This document shows positions 48,533-58,625 of a stretch of DNA of 64,000 nt, one piece after another (position 1 is the first letter of the stretch; every line of letters starts with the position of its first letter). A model generated the notes under the pieces. It had not been told where the DNA came from. It saw only the letters and a program-made list of their open reading frames with translations, and searched no databases. Origin of the DNA: an uncultured Ruficoccus sp. (lineage in GTDB: Bacteria > Verrucomicrobiota > Verrucomicrobiia > Opitutales > Cerasicoccaceae). A program made the position numbers and the translations under genes. The stretch covers positions 76,718 to 140,717 of the forward strand of contig OZ223521.1 in NCBI GenBank assembly GCA_965140785.1, written 5' to 3'.

Positions 48533-51500
48533 ATGATGCCCCCCTCTCCATTGAAAAATCCTGATACGACTTCCCCGTTTGGAGCGCATCGAGAAGGGTT
48601 TGCCCTGATCGTTTCGCTGACACTGATGGGGTTTGTCGTGCTGCTGGCATTGGGGCTTTCCCTGACGGCTCAGATCGAGCTTGCCAATACCAGGAGCATG
48701 ACGCAACTGACGGAGGCTCGCGCAAACGCGATCTTCGGACTCAAGACGGCTATCGGACAACTCCAGAAGGAACTTGGGCCGGACCAGCGGGCAACGGCTC
48801 CTGCTCTCCTCCTCAAGCAGGAGGGTAATGCTGAACAATCTTTGCTCAGTGATGACGACCCGAGAAGGTACTGGGTCGGTGTGTGGGATACGGCGAATCT
48901 GAGCTCGGTTAACGGCAATGAGAAGACCTGGATGCAGGCACCCAATGCGCTGCACGAAAGCTGGCTCATCTCCGGCATGAAGGATGCCCTTAAAGGGAAA
49001 TTGCCAGAGATCAACACTGGCTTGGGTGAGGGTGGCGAACCGGCGGATGACTCGGTTGCGATCATGGCGGGAGCCGGTTCTGTCGGAAGCGACGATGTCG
49101 ATCAGTACGTATTTGCGCCCAAGGTTGATATTGAGAATAGCATGGGATGGGACGCCTCGTATGCCTACTGGGTGAGTGACGAAGCGCAAAAGGCTCCCAT
49201 CGCTCTGGTGGATGAGCGCTACACGGATGCCACCACAGTCCCCGATGCCTATCATTCGCGCCTTGATCTGATGGCGCCGGAGCGTGTCGGTATTAGCAGC
49301 CTGGAGAATCTGAAGGGCTATGACCTGACCGATTCCAGCCAGGCCAGTGTCTTGGAGAAAGTCCAGAATCTTTCGGAGGCGGCATTCTTGTCAGGCAATG
49401 ATCTTCCGACCACAGCGGCCGCGTGGAAGACTACGCTGGGCGAGTATTATCACGACCTGGGCGTGGGGGCGATCAACTTGCAGACGGATGTCCGCCATGG
49501 CGGTTTGAAGAAAGACCTAAGCCTGCTCTTTGAGCTGGATGACGATACCTTTGCTGAGACGCCCTACGGCGGCGAAGAGTCTACTCGCTTGGATGCGCCC
49601 CCCACGGACGAGGATTATGTGGACGCCTATACCGATACGCCGGTGGCCTACCTGTTCAAGTATCCGGTGCCCGACGTGGCCGCCGATGCCTATATCCGTG
49701 GGCCGACCTGGCACTTCCTGCGCAGCTACTACCGAATCGCCAAAAGCATCTCCCATCCAGAAACGACCCCTACAGCCACCGCGCGCGCCTACCGCCCCAA
49801 TACGGAGGACTTCAGTCTACATGGGAGTAGTGCGCGTGACTATGGATATGTGAGTGCCATGATTACGAGCAACTCTGGAGATGTGAGCAAAGGGAATAAT
49901 TTCGTGAACACGAGTGTAAAGGGATCGGGGGGACTTTCCGATACTACTGAGGTTGTGATTTCACAACTGACCGAGCACGAGATGGCACCGCTAGCGGTAC
50001 GCCTGTACCTGATCTTTGGTTTTGTAAATGTCAACATGAACCCTGTCTGGCGTATCCAACGGGATACAGAAGGCGACCCGGTGTACCGTAATCCAAATAA
50101 CTACAGGCTTCAGGATGAGGGCCCTGGTACGATCATTGCCCCAGTTATTCAACCGGTAGCTGTCGTTTGGAATCCCTACAATACCCGGCTGAGCTTTAAT
50201 GCCTACAAGATTGCTTTTAACCAACCCAATTTGAGGTTCAAAGTTTCTTGGATGGAGGGGACTGAAAGTCGTGGATACGAGGCTACGCTGAAAGATTTGA
50301 TAGGCGACAGTGTTCAGGAGCGTATGTCGGATGGGACGATTTTAAACGATGACTTTAGCTATTTTGAGTTTTTGGTAGCTAATTCACCGGACGGAAGTTC
50401 GCCTATCACGTTGGAGCCCGGCGAACAGAAAATATTCAGTGCCAACACATTTAAGCATAACGGGAACATTCTTACGCAGGGGGAGGTGTTATTCCTGGAA
50501 GAAGGCTGGCATACCGATGGGGGGATTTTGCTCCATCGTGAAGAAGGCTGTACGCGGACATTTCGCAGGGCCGGTCAGGTCGACAATATTCCTGATGGGG
50601 CGTCTGTCAGCGTTGAAGTTCAATGGGTAAACCCTGACAGCGGTAATCCCTATGGGAAGCATGTGAAGCTGGTGAGGTTGAATGGCATTAAGAATGCAGA
50701 GGCTGGGCTCTACGAGTATGTCCTGACGGATACATCAAGTATCGCCCAGGGAGGGAATCGGCAGACGGATGACCATGAGCTACGATCAATTGGCGCGTCC
50801 TATTATGATTCATCCGGTGCTCAAACTGTCTTTAACAATATGAATCCAATCTCGGGCATCTCCCCGTTTGGTTCAAATGCTTATCCCTTTTTGGCGATCG
50901 AAATCAGCCTTAGCCCTGCTAAAAGCGGATCGGCAAGCCCGATGGAAATGCTCGGGAATACCAACCCATTTGGTATCATAGGCTCGTCGCTGCAAAACGG
51001 TAAACTGACTCCAGACCGCTACCAGGTACACGTCGAGCCCCTGGGCGGCCCCGGTGATTATAGTTCATTACGCCCTCAGATCGCGCTGGATGGGACTGAG
51101 GATACTTACTTCGGTTATTCATTCTCCGCTGCTGACGGGTCCAGCCGTACGGTTATGGAGGAACTGCCGACAACACCCCTGTGGTCCTTGGGAGCTTTGC
51201 AGCATGCGAATATTTCCCGATCGTCGTCGCTGCCACGAAACGCCATCGGGAACGCTCAGTCTCCACCTTACTTTGAGGCTGACGACCTGAGTCTGCACAA
51301 GGAGTATGGTGACTCAATTAAGCCATCGCTGTATGATATCTCGTACCTGAGCAACGAGGCGCTCTTTGACGAGTTCTTTTTCTCCAGCCTGGCTCCCGAC
51401 TACGATCAGGATGATGTCGAGGAGTACCTCAAGGATGCACTGGATACCGCGGAGGAAAACAACACGCAGCTACCACTGCCGAACCGGCGTTTTACCGCGC

Positions 51501-52357
51501 TGCACAGTGCTGACCAGGCGGAGGAGATTCACGACGAGCTTGTCGCGACAGACGGCTATCTGAAGACAGCGGCGTATTGGGCACCAAAGGGAGGGTTTAA
51601 TGTGAACTCGACCTCCGTTCCCGCATGGAAGGCTTTTCTCGGGGCTAATTATGGGCGAGCCTATCAGTACCTGAACAACGGTGCGCTGGAGGACGATACG
51701 GAAAACGAGGCGCTGTTTTCGCGGTTTTCCCTGCCGGTGGCCGAGACGGGAAACACCTCCAATTCCCGCGACGACTGGAACGCGCCGATCCGCCTGAGCG
51801 ATGCGCAGTTGACCACCCTGGCCGAAGCGGTGGTTGACGAGGTGAAGGCGCGCGGACCTTTCCTGAGCCTGGCGGACTTTATCAACCGCAGGCCCGGAGG
51901 CGTGTCCGAGGAACAGCAGCGTCAGGGGACCCTGGCACGGGCGATCGACCAGTCGGGCGTTAACGATACGGTCGCGGCCCGCGGCGAAGTAGCCTACAAC
52001 GGTAGCGACATCGAGAGTGCCTTTATTGGAGAGAACACCTTGAAGAACACGGCGGCGGGCATCCCCGGGTGGTTGACGCAGGCGGATGTATTGACGCCAC
52101 TGGCTCCCTACCTCTCTGTGCGCTCGGATACCTACACGATACGCTCCTACGGTGAGGTTCGCGATCCCGGATCGGGTACGATCACTGGCCGGGCCTGGTG
52201 CGAGGCACAGGTGCAGCGTCTGCCCGAGTATATCGATCCAGATACGAATGAGCCCTGGGACTCTGCCGTGACCGGTAACCTATCTCCGACTAACAAAGAG
52301 TTTGGACGCCGGTTTGTCGTCGTCAGTTTTCGCTGGTTGAATAAAGATGAAATTTAG
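48533..52357 (+). CDS. Giant PilX/GspK-class pilin-like protein (Verru_Chthon cassette protein A-like)
   Basis: REG|FALIVSLTLMGFVVLLAL class III signal without Glu5; GQLQKELGPDQR; FNVNSTS..AW; RGPFLSLADFINR; RSDTYTIRSYG; FGRRF...SFRWL. Confidence 0.85.
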   Translation: MMPPSPLKNPDTTSPFGAHREGFALIVSLTLMGFVVLLALGLSLTAQIELANTRSMTQLTEARANAIFGLKTAIGQLQKELGPDQRATAPALLLKQEGNAEQSLLSDDDPRRYWVGVWDTANLSSVNGNEKTWMQAPNALHESWLISGMKDALKGKLPEINTGLGEGGEPADDSVAIMAGAGSVGSDDVDQYVFAPKVDIENSMGWDASYAYWVSDEAQKAPIALVDERYTDATTVPDAYHSRLDLMAPERVGISSLENLKGYDLTDSSQASVLEKVQNLSEAAFLSGNDLPTTAAAWKTTLGEYYHDLGVGAINLQTDVRHGGLKKDLSLLFELDDDTFAETPYGGEESTRLDAPPTDEDYVDAYTDTPVAYLFKYPVPDVAADAYIRGPTWHFLRSYYRIAKSISHPETTPTATARAYRPNTEDFSLHGSSARDYGYVSAMITSNSGDVSKGNNFVNTSVKGSGGLSDTTEVVISQLTEHEMAPLAVRLYLIFGFVNVNMNPVWRIQRDTEGDPVYRNPNNYRLQDEGPGTIIAPVIQPVAVVWNPYNTRLSFNAYKIAFNQPNLRFKVSWMEGTESRGYEATLKDLIGDSVQERMSDGTILNDDFSYFEFLVANSPDGSSPITLEPGEQKIFSANTFKHNGNILTQGEVLFLEEGWHTDGGILLHREEGCTRTFRRAGQVDNIPDGASVSVEVQWVNPDSGNPYGKHVKLVRLNGIKNAEAGLYEYVLTDTSSIAQGGNRQTDDHELRSIGASYYDSSGAQTVFNNMNPISGISPFGSNAYPFLAIEISLSPAKSGSASPMEMLGNTNPFGIIGSSLQNGKLTPDRYQVHVEPLGGPGDYSSLRPQIALDGTEDTYFGYSFSAADGSSRTVMEELPTTPLWSLGALQHANISRSSSLPRNAIGNAQSPPYFEADDLSLHKEYGDSIKPSLYDISYLSNEALFDEFFFSSLAPDYDQDDVEEYLKDALDTAEENNTQLPLPNRRFTALHSADQAEEIHDELVATDGYLKTAAYWAPKGGFNVNSTSVPAWKAFLGANYGRAYQYLNNGALEDDTENEALFSRFSLPVAETGNTSNSRDDWNAPIRLSDAQLTTLAEAVVDEVKARGPFLSLADFINRRPGGVSEEQQRQGTLARAIDQSGVNDTVAARGEVAYNGSDIESAFIGENTLKNTAAGIPGWLTQADVLTPLAPYLSVRSDTYTIRSYGEVRDPGSGTITGRAWCEAQVQRLPEYIDPDTNEPWDSAVTGNLSPTNKEFGRRFVVVSFRWLNKDEI

Positions 52358-53045
52358 TAAGTTAAAAATGTGTGTGTGGGGCTTGGTGGCCTTGCTTCCG
52401 GCCTCCGGGATGGCGCAGTTTCAGCCTGCGGAAGAGAGTGCGCCGCTTCGGACGGAGTTTAGCTGCCTGAGCTGGCCGGACCGGCTGAAGGAGGTGCTGT
52501 ATGTCCGCACCGAGGGCGAGTATAAGCCTGTCGATGTGCAGAGCCTGAAGCGGTCAAGCCTGATCAAATACGTGGGAAGCAACCCGGTCGTATTTTACCG
52601 GAAGGGTAAAGATTCAGAGGGGAATACGGTCTATAGCCCCGCCGCTCAGGTGGAGATCGGCGAGACACTGGAGAGGCCCTTGCTCTTGTTTCGGAATGAT
52701 GGTTCGGGCTATGCGATTGGCGCGATGGAGGACAGTTTCCAGAAATATCCAGTGGGCAGTTACCGTTTTTATAATCTTACCGATATGGACTTGAAGGCTC
52801 GGCTGGGGACGCGTCTCATTGAGCTTGAGCCGCACCAGCGTGTTGCGCTGAAGCAGCCCTTTCCCGGAGACGAAGAAATCCCTGTCATGTTCGTGGTGCA
52901 GGAGCCCGACGGGCTCAAGCCCCTGTACAGTAACAAGTGGGACCACCTCTCGGAGTACCGGTATCTGATATTGATCTCCGAGGCGGAATCGAAGCGCAAT
53001 GGGCCTATCAAATTCCGGATTTTAACGGACTATCCCAAGCGATGA
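52347..53045 (+). CDS. Secreted hypothetical protein coupled to the giant pilin-like gene
   Basis: Signal peptide (..ASGMA), beta-rich body; overlaps the upstream stop by 11 bp. Confidence 0.75.
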   Translation: MKFSKLKMCVWGLVALLPASGMAQFQPAEESAPLRTEFSCLSWPDRLKEVLYVRTEGEYKPVDVQSLKRSSLIKYVGSNPVVFYRKGKDSEGNTVYSPAAQVEIGETLERPLLLFRNDGSGYAIGAMEDSFQKYPVGSYRFYNLTDMDLKARLGTRLIELEPHQRVALKQPFPGDEEIPVMFVVQEPDGLKPLYSNKWDHLSEYRYLILISEAESKRNGPIKFRILTDYPKR

Positions 53046-53054
53046 CCACCGTTC

Positions 53055-53984
53055 TCAGTCAGCTGCCACACAGTGTTTTATCAGCTCTTCACAACTGCTG
53101 GCGTCGTGAATGCCAGTGGCGAAAATGAAATCATAACCCAAGCGGAAGTGCTCATCGGGGGCCAGAACGGTTGCGCCTTCACCGACGAAGGGCAGGGCGA
53201 CACAGGGCATTTCCGGCCGGAAGAACCAACGCGTGGGATAGTTGGGATTATCCGCATGGTCGCAGAAGATCAGCGTGGTATCCCCGTCCGCATTGTCGTG
53301 AGATCCGACACCGTACATCCAGGGGGCAGCAGTCCCGTGTATGTGCTCAACGCCGTGCTGGCCGGCAGGCAGATAAGAGCCGTAGGGCTCCCATTCCCCC
53401 TTGCCGAAAAAGTCGCGGCTGAGCCTGAAGAATATACCCGTATAGTGTGAGCCCGTGAGCCCTTCCTCCGACTCAAATGTGCCCAGACGGAGAGTTTTTC
53501 CACTGACGTTTTCAAAATGCAAATGCAGCCGCAGCCGCCAGCACTCAAGCTCGGGAAAGACTCGCGCATCGATGGTACGTTGCTCGCTGAGGGTAAGCTC
53601 TCGCCGTTCATTATTCCATGCGAGATTCTCGACTACGCGCACGCCGGTGGCGTCAGTTTGGATGTCGGCCCAGGCGAGGTGATCCTGCGTCCCGAAATTA
53701 TCCCGCATGCGATACCCATCTTCTTTGCGGTAGGTGTTCCCGCCCCAAAAATTGGTGCCATTGACCAATGTCATGGTCATGGACAGCCCATGGTGCCAGG
53801 GGTGGTCGTTGGGGCGAAAATTACTGACGGTTTGCCCGTTGAGGTTCCGTAGAGGATGGAAATACGGTTTGGGGCTTTCGTTGGCCGGCAAAGTTGGCTG
53901 GGCGACATAATCGAAGAGGGGAGTGTCGCCCCAGAAGAAAGTAAGCCCGTCGTTGTCGGTTTTCAGGAGTTTTGCTTCTTTCAT
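53055..53984 (-). CDS. PmoA-like/DUF6807 family protein (carbohydrate-locus associated)
   Basis: KPYFHPL...G..V...P.DHPWHHGL, NFWG, L.E.R, Y.G.F.R and WF.R motifs. Confidence 0.8.
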   Translation of the reverse strand: MKEAKLLKTDNDGLTFFWGDTPLFDYVAQPTLPANESPKPYFHPLRNLNGQTVSNFRPNDHPWHHGLSMTMTLVNGTNFWGGNTYRKEDGYRMRDNFGTQDHLAWADIQTDATGVRVVENLAWNNERRELTLSEQRTIDARVFPELECWRLRLHLHFENVSGKTLRLGTFESEEGLTGSHYTGIFFRLSRDFFGKGEWEPYGSYLPAGQHGVEHIHGTAAPWMYGVGSHDNADGDTTLIFCDHADNPNYPTRWFFRPEMPCVALPFVGEGATVLAPDEHFRLGYDFIFATGIHDASSCEELIKHCVAAD

Positions 53985-53995
53985 GTTTGTTGTGT

Positions 53996-55135
53996 TTATA
54001 AATTCCAGCTGTGCTGGCGCAGGGCGTCTTCATCGGGTTCGATGCCGATCCCGGGGGTGTCGTCCATATGGATGCTGCCGTCGTGTTCGACCTTCGATTT
54101 TGTCGGGAAGAGTATGCTGTCGTCCATGAACTGGGAACCGTTGAGGGCTGCCGGGTCTTTGTAGCCATAGGCAGCCGCCGTTTGGCAGGCGGCGACCTTT
54201 GTCACCATGGAGTCGGATAGACCACTAACGAGCAGACCGTACCCGGCGCTGCAGGCGGTCCCCAGTTGCAGGAGCGTAGGCCAGATCCCGCCGCTGCGGG
54301 TGAGCTTGATGACGTAGTAGTCTACGAGGCCTTCGGCGGCGTAGTGGAAGAAATCCCCGGGGCTGACACAGCTCTCGTCCACGGCCAGGGGAAGAGCGGT
54401 CATTGCCCGCAGACGTTTCATCAAGTGCATCTGGTCTGCCGCCAACGGCTGCTCGATGACGGCGACCTGCTCCTCCTCCAGCATGCGGGCCAGGCGCACG
54501 ACCTGAGTAAAGGGGAGGCTTTGGTTCGCGTCCGTCCAGATAAAACCCTCGGCCGGGATGTGTGTTTGCGCCATCCGTATGAGTGTCTTGTCGCGCTCGA
54601 AGTCACCGTGAACTTTAAAGTTGAAATGACGGAACCCCTGGGCGACGGCTTCTTGGATCTCCTCGCGTCCGGCCTCTGCGTCCTTGACGGCGACGGTCCA
54701 GCCGAGCGGCATCTCGGTGCTCTCCGTGGTGCCTCCGAGAAAGGCGCGCAGCGGGAGCCCCGCGGCACGGGCACACAGGTCGTGGACAGCCATGTCGAGG
54801 GCGGCTTTGGCCAGGGGCATACCTGTGCTGGGGCCTCGCCCTACTGCTGCGTGCATGCGCTCGTGGAGTTGTTGGCGATCCCAGATACACAGTCCCTTGA
54901 CAGCAGGAGCCAGGTGCTGGCGGAGTGTTGAGACGAGGGATTCCGGCGTCTCGTAGGACCACTGCGGGTGCGGGCGGGCTTCGCCCCATCCGTAGCAGCC
55001 GTCGGAGTCCGTTACTTTGACAAAGACGATGCGTGCCTGGGTACCGGCGCTCCCGGCGCTGCCGGAGGCGAAATTAAAGGTCCGTGTGACCGGGACCTGA
55101 GCGGGGAAAACTTCGATCTGTTCAAGGGTTTTCAT
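53996..55135 (-). CDS. Enolase superfamily (mandelate racemase/muconate lactonizing enzyme-like) protein
   Basis: GWGEA, AKAALDMA.HDL, DANQ, EQP, DES, IKL...GG and PGIG motifs. The KxK motif reads NFK. Confidence 0.9.
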   Translation of the reverse strand: MKTLEQIEVFPAQVPVTRTFNFASGSAGSAGTQARIVFVKVTDSDGCYGWGEARPHPQWSYETPESLVSTLRQHLAPAVKGLCIWDRQQLHERMHAAVGRGPSTGMPLAKAALDMAVHDLCARAAGLPLRAFLGGTTESTEMPLGWTVAVKDAEAGREEIQEAVAQGFRHFNFKVHGDFERDKTLIRMAQTHIPAEGFIWTDANQSLPFTQVVRLARMLEEEQVAVIEQPLAADQMHLMKRLRAMTALPLAVDESCVSPGDFFHYAAEGLVDYYVIKLTRSGGIWPTLLQLGTACSAGYGLLVSGLSDSMVTKVAACQTAAAYGYKDPAALNGSQFMDDSILFPTKSKVEHDGSIHMDDTPGIGIEPDEDALRQHSWNL

Positions 55136-56253
55136 ACCGTGGCTTTCTTTTGGGATTTAACCATGCGGTGCTGGACGTCATGGCCGCCATGGAAGCTGTC
55201 ATAAAACGGGTCGCCGGGTTTGATCGATCCGCGTGCGACTGGCTTCCCGGTCAGCGCCGCCTTATAGAGGGAAGAGATCAGGTCGATGGTTGCCTCGGCT
55301 TGCACCCCGGATGTTTCCGGTGTACGTCCGGAGCGGATATCTTCGGCAATCGCTTTCAACTGTGCGGCATGGTCCGAGCGATTGTCCTGCGGGATGCTTT
55401 CGAGCTTCTTTGTGAACTCGTCGTCAAGGTCCGGGGCGGCCGTGAAGCTCCAGTCCGCATTCTCGTAGGCGTAAAGGTGGCGTAGCTCTACGGTGGCCTT
55501 TTGGAAGTCGAGTCGGTGGTAAGTGACTTCATTTGCACAAAGTATGCTATTGACGATACTGCCCATCGCGCCGTTCTGGAAACGAATGATCGCCAGGGAA
55601 GCGTCTTCGACTTCAATTGGGCGGTCGAGTGTTCCCATGTCGGCCCGCACTTCTGACCAGTCTCCCATTATGGACAACAGGTGGTCCATAGCATGGATGC
55701 CATGCCCGGTGGTGGGTCCGCCCAACTCGGTGCTCCAGATGCCTCTCCACTCCAGTTCGTAGTAGGCGCGGTCGCGCATCCAGAGGGTGTGGCAAATAGC
55801 CAGCAAGGGGCGTCCGAGGGTGCCGTCCTGTATGAGCCTGCGCAGGTGCTCTGTGCCTGCTCCATAACGGAACTGAAAGACGCTGGCACACCATTTTCCG
55901 GTCCGCTCCTCCGCTTCTCTAAGCTTGTGGTAATCGGCCAGCGAACCGCAGAGAGGTTTTTCGCAAAGGACGTCGATGCCTGCCTCCATGGCCTGAATCG
56001 CGAGGGTGACATGCGTGGCAGGAGGCGTGCTGATTTGGACGAGGTCGAGCTCTTCGTGTTGCAGTAACTCTTGCAGCGATTGGTAGCAGCGCTTGACGCC
56101 GCTGCCCTCGATAAAGGCCTTTGCTCGCTCGATATCGACATCACATACGGCGCATAGTTCGTAGATGTCTTCGTTGGCCTGGAGGGCTTCGATATGTATT
56201 TTTGCGATGCCTCCGGTGCCGACGATGGCAGTTCGTAATTTACGGGGACTCAT
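55132..56253 (-). CDS. Gfo/Idh/MocA-family NAD(P)-dependent oxidoreductase
   Basis: IVGTGGIA, TPP..H, CEKP, W....GG......IH..D and VED motifs. Confidence 0.93.
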   Translation of the reverse strand: MSPRKLRTAIVGTGGIAKIHIEALQANEDIYELCAVCDVDIERAKAFIEGSGVKRCYQSLQELLQHEELDLVQISTPPATHVTLAIQAMEAGIDVLCEKPLCGSLADYHKLREAEERTGKWCASVFQFRYGAGTEHLRRLIQDGTLGRPLLAICHTLWMRDRAYYELEWRGIWSTELGGPTTGHGIHAMDHLLSIMGDWSEVRADMGTLDRPIEVEDASLAIIRFQNGAMGSIVNSILCANEVTYHRLDFQKATVELRHLYAYENADWSFTAAPDLDDEFTKKLESIPQDNRSDHAAQLKAIAEDIRSGRTPETSGVQAEATIDLISSLYKAALTGKPVARGSIKPGDPFYDSFHGGHDVQHRMVKSQKKATV

Positions 56254-56327
56254 GCCCGCTATATTAACCTTTTATCACCTCGTAATCCAATGGACAATAG
56301 CGGGATATATTTGTACAAAACAATCAG

Positions 56328-57272
56328 ATGCTTGAAATTCCCGAAGGTTGTATGGTGGTATTCCCGGATGATGAGCGGTGGGAGCGCGGGAGTTCTTCTC
56401 TGTGTCCGGATCGTCTGTGCATGCCAAGGATCATTCATGGCGCCTGTCAGCAGGAACTGCCGACAACGGTCCATCGGGAGGAGCACACGCACGCCGTTTA
56501 TCACATCTGCCTGGTCCATCGGGGAAGGGGGTCGATGGTATACCGGGGAGGTGTTACCTCGACTGTCGCTGGCAGTCTGCTCATTGTGAGTCCGGGGGAG
56601 CCTCATTGTTTTTTACTGCCGCCGGGCGAGGCCTCCTGTTATTCGGAAGTTACCTTTGAAGTCCTAAATGAAAATGAGGACGCGGTGCTAGCTCCTTTAC
56701 ATGAGCTTCTGTCTGAGTGGTCTGGCCGGGCCTGTACGCGCTGGCGATGCGGTAATGTCGTCCCCCCCGTGATGCAAAAGCGCATGCAGTCAACTCTACG
56801 TCGCATTGTGGCGGGTTGCCTGATGCCGATACGTTCGCGGGCATTTTATGCGAATCGGGCACTATTAGATCTGCTGGAGTTGGTGAGCGAGGTACTGGAC
56901 CCGGCGATATCTATTGTCGATGATCCTTTGCAGGAAGCCGCCGACCTGATCGAGTGTAACATGCACAGAGCCTTGTCTGTGCAAGCTGTCGCGGCGGAGG
57001 TGGGGATGAGCACAAATCACTTCATCCGCAGCTTTCGCCAGCGCTTCGGGGAGACTCCGCTGGTTTACCATCAGAGGAACCGGATCCGTGCGGCTCAGCG
57101 TTTGTTGACGCAGACTCAGTACCCGATCAAGCTGATTGCAGAGTGGACGGGTTTTTCCGATGTGTACTACTTTTCCCGACTTTTCTCGGCAAAGACCGGT
57201 ACACCCCCGGCCGCATACAGACGCCAGAAGAGCGGCGTGCGACTGCCCGAGGGGGAGTCGCCTGAGGAGTGA
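56328..57272 (+). CDS. AraC-family regulator
   Basis: HTH.VYH cupin; IAEWTGFSDVYYFSRLF..KTG.PP..YR. Divergent from the oxidoreductase genes. Confidence 0.9.
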   Translation: MLEIPEGCMVVFPDDERWERGSSSLCPDRLCMPRIIHGACQQELPTTVHREEHTHAVYHICLVHRGRGSMVYRGGVTSTVAGSLLIVSPGEPHCFLLPPGEASCYSEVTFEVLNENEDAVLAPLHELLSEWSGRACTRWRCGNVVPPVMQKRMQSTLRRIVAGCLMPIRSRAFYANRALLDLLELVSEVLDPAISIVDDPLQEAADLIECNMHRALSVQAVAAEVGMSTNHFIRSFRQRFGETPLVYHQRNRIRAAQRLLTQTQYPIKLIAEWTGFSDVYYFSRLFSAKTGTPPAAYRRQKSGVRLPEGESPEE

Positions 57273-57313
57273 GGATGATGGAAGCGCCACCGTACTCACA
57301 GTTCGTTCGTTGA

Positions 57314-57355
57314 AAACCGGTCTACTATTGGGTGGATGGGGCTTGGCAAGGATTG
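57314..57355 (+). repeat. 42-bp regulatory repeat, copy 2 (upstream of the ABC ATPase)
   Basis: AAACCGGTCTACTATTGGGTGGATGGGGCTTGGCAAGGATTG; 38/42 identical to 41789-41830. Confidence 0.85.
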
Positions 57356-57468
57356 CTTGTGGGGGCTAGTTATTATTACTCAAGACCCGCTGCCGTGCTG
57401 CCTCCTTATTAGCCTCAAGGGTTCAGGAGTTAGTGAAAAACGGCCTATCAGGTGACCCTTAGAAGACA

Positions 57469-58599
57469 ATGGCTGAAGTTATCCTCAACAACTTGGTGAA
57501 AGAGTACCGTGACACGAAACGGAGTAGCTTCCGTGCGGTGAACGGAATCGATCTGGAAATTCGTGATCGCGAGTTCATGGTTTTGGTTGGGCCGTCCGGC
57601 TGCGGGAAATCAACCAGCCTACGCATGATCGCGGGGCTTGAAGATATTACAGGCGGGACGATATCCATTGACGGTCAAGTGGTGAATGACATCCAGCCCA
57701 AGGACCGGAACATTGCGATGGTGTTTCAGAATTACGCTTTGTATCCGCACATGAGCGTATTTGACAATATGGCGTTCGGGCTGAAGCTGCTGAAGTACTC
57801 CCGCGACGAAATCAAGCGCCGGGTTGACGAGGCGGCCGACATCCTGGGGCTTGAGACGATGCTTGATCGCAAGCCCAAGCAGCTCTCTGGTGGCCAACGG
57901 CAGCGCGTTGCCGTGGGCCGTGCGATTGTACGCAAGCCGAAGGTGTTTCTTTTCGACGAGCCCCTGTCCAATCTCGATGCAAAGATGCGCGTGCAGATGC
58001 GTACGGAGATTGCGAAGCTTCATGCCAAGTTGGACGCTACGATGATTTACGTGACGCACGACCAGGTGGAGGCGATGACGATGGGGGATCGTATTTGCGT
58101 GATGAAGGACGGAGACATCATGCAGGTTGACGAGCCCCTGAGGCTGTACAACCAGCCCAAAGATATCTTTACCGCTGGATTTATTGGAAGCCCTCCCATG
58201 AATTTCTTCACCGGGCAGCTTATTGTCGAGGGTGACAGAACTTACTTTCTCGAGAATAACGACTCTGGCTGTCAGGCAAAAATCGTACTGAGCAAACGCT
58301 TGGCTGAACGGGTGAAGGCCTATGGCGTACGCTCCATCGTGCTCGGTGTACGCCCGGAGGATGTGACTGAGTTTTGCGATACCGAAAGCCAGGAATCTTG
58401 CCCGTGCATACGGGGTACAGTAGAGGTTTCGGAGCCCATGGGGGCTGAGACTTATTTGTATATTGATACGGGTGCCCACCGGTTTATCGCGCGCGTCCAT
58501 GCCGAGCGAAGTTTCAGCTATGGAGAAAAGGTTACCGTCTCCCTCGATTTGGACAAAGTACACTTTTTTGACCCCGATAGCGGCAAAGTCTTCAAGTAA
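57469..58599 (+). CDS. Sugar ABC transporter ATP-binding protein (MalK/UgpC/MsmX-like)
   Basis: [51 protein letters not shown] and a C-terminal TOBE domain. Confidence 0.96.
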   Translation: MAEVILNNLVKEYRDTKRSSFRAVNGIDLEIRDREFMVLVGPSGCGKSTSLRMIAGLEDITGGTISIDGQVVNDIQPKDRNIAMVFQNYALYPHMSVFDNMAFGLKLLKYSRDEIKRRVDEAADILGLETMLDRKPKQLSGGQRQRVAVGRAIVRKPKVFLFDEPLSNLDAKMRVQMRTEIAKLHAKLDATMIYVTHDQVEAMTMGDRICVMKDGDIMQVDEPLRLYNQPKDIFTAGFIGSPPMNFFTGQLIVEGDRTYFLENNDSGCQAKIVLSKRLAERVKAYGVRSIVLGVRPEDVTEFCDTESQESCPCIRGTVEVSEPMGAETYLYIDTGAHRFIARVHAERSFSYGEKVTVSLDLDKVHFFDPDSGKVFK

Positions 58600-58625
58600 G
58601 GAGATGTAGTCACGCTGTTACCCCC

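Noticed and set aside
53055..53984. Methane monooxygenase from the PmoA family name
   Set aside because: Soluble protein with no TM helices and no pmoCB; the family name does not imply methanotrophy.
57343..57358. Sigma-54 promoter (TGGCA...TTGC) in the 42-bp repeat
   Set aside because: The GG-to-GC spacing is 8 nt, not the required 10, and the other copy lacks the GC.
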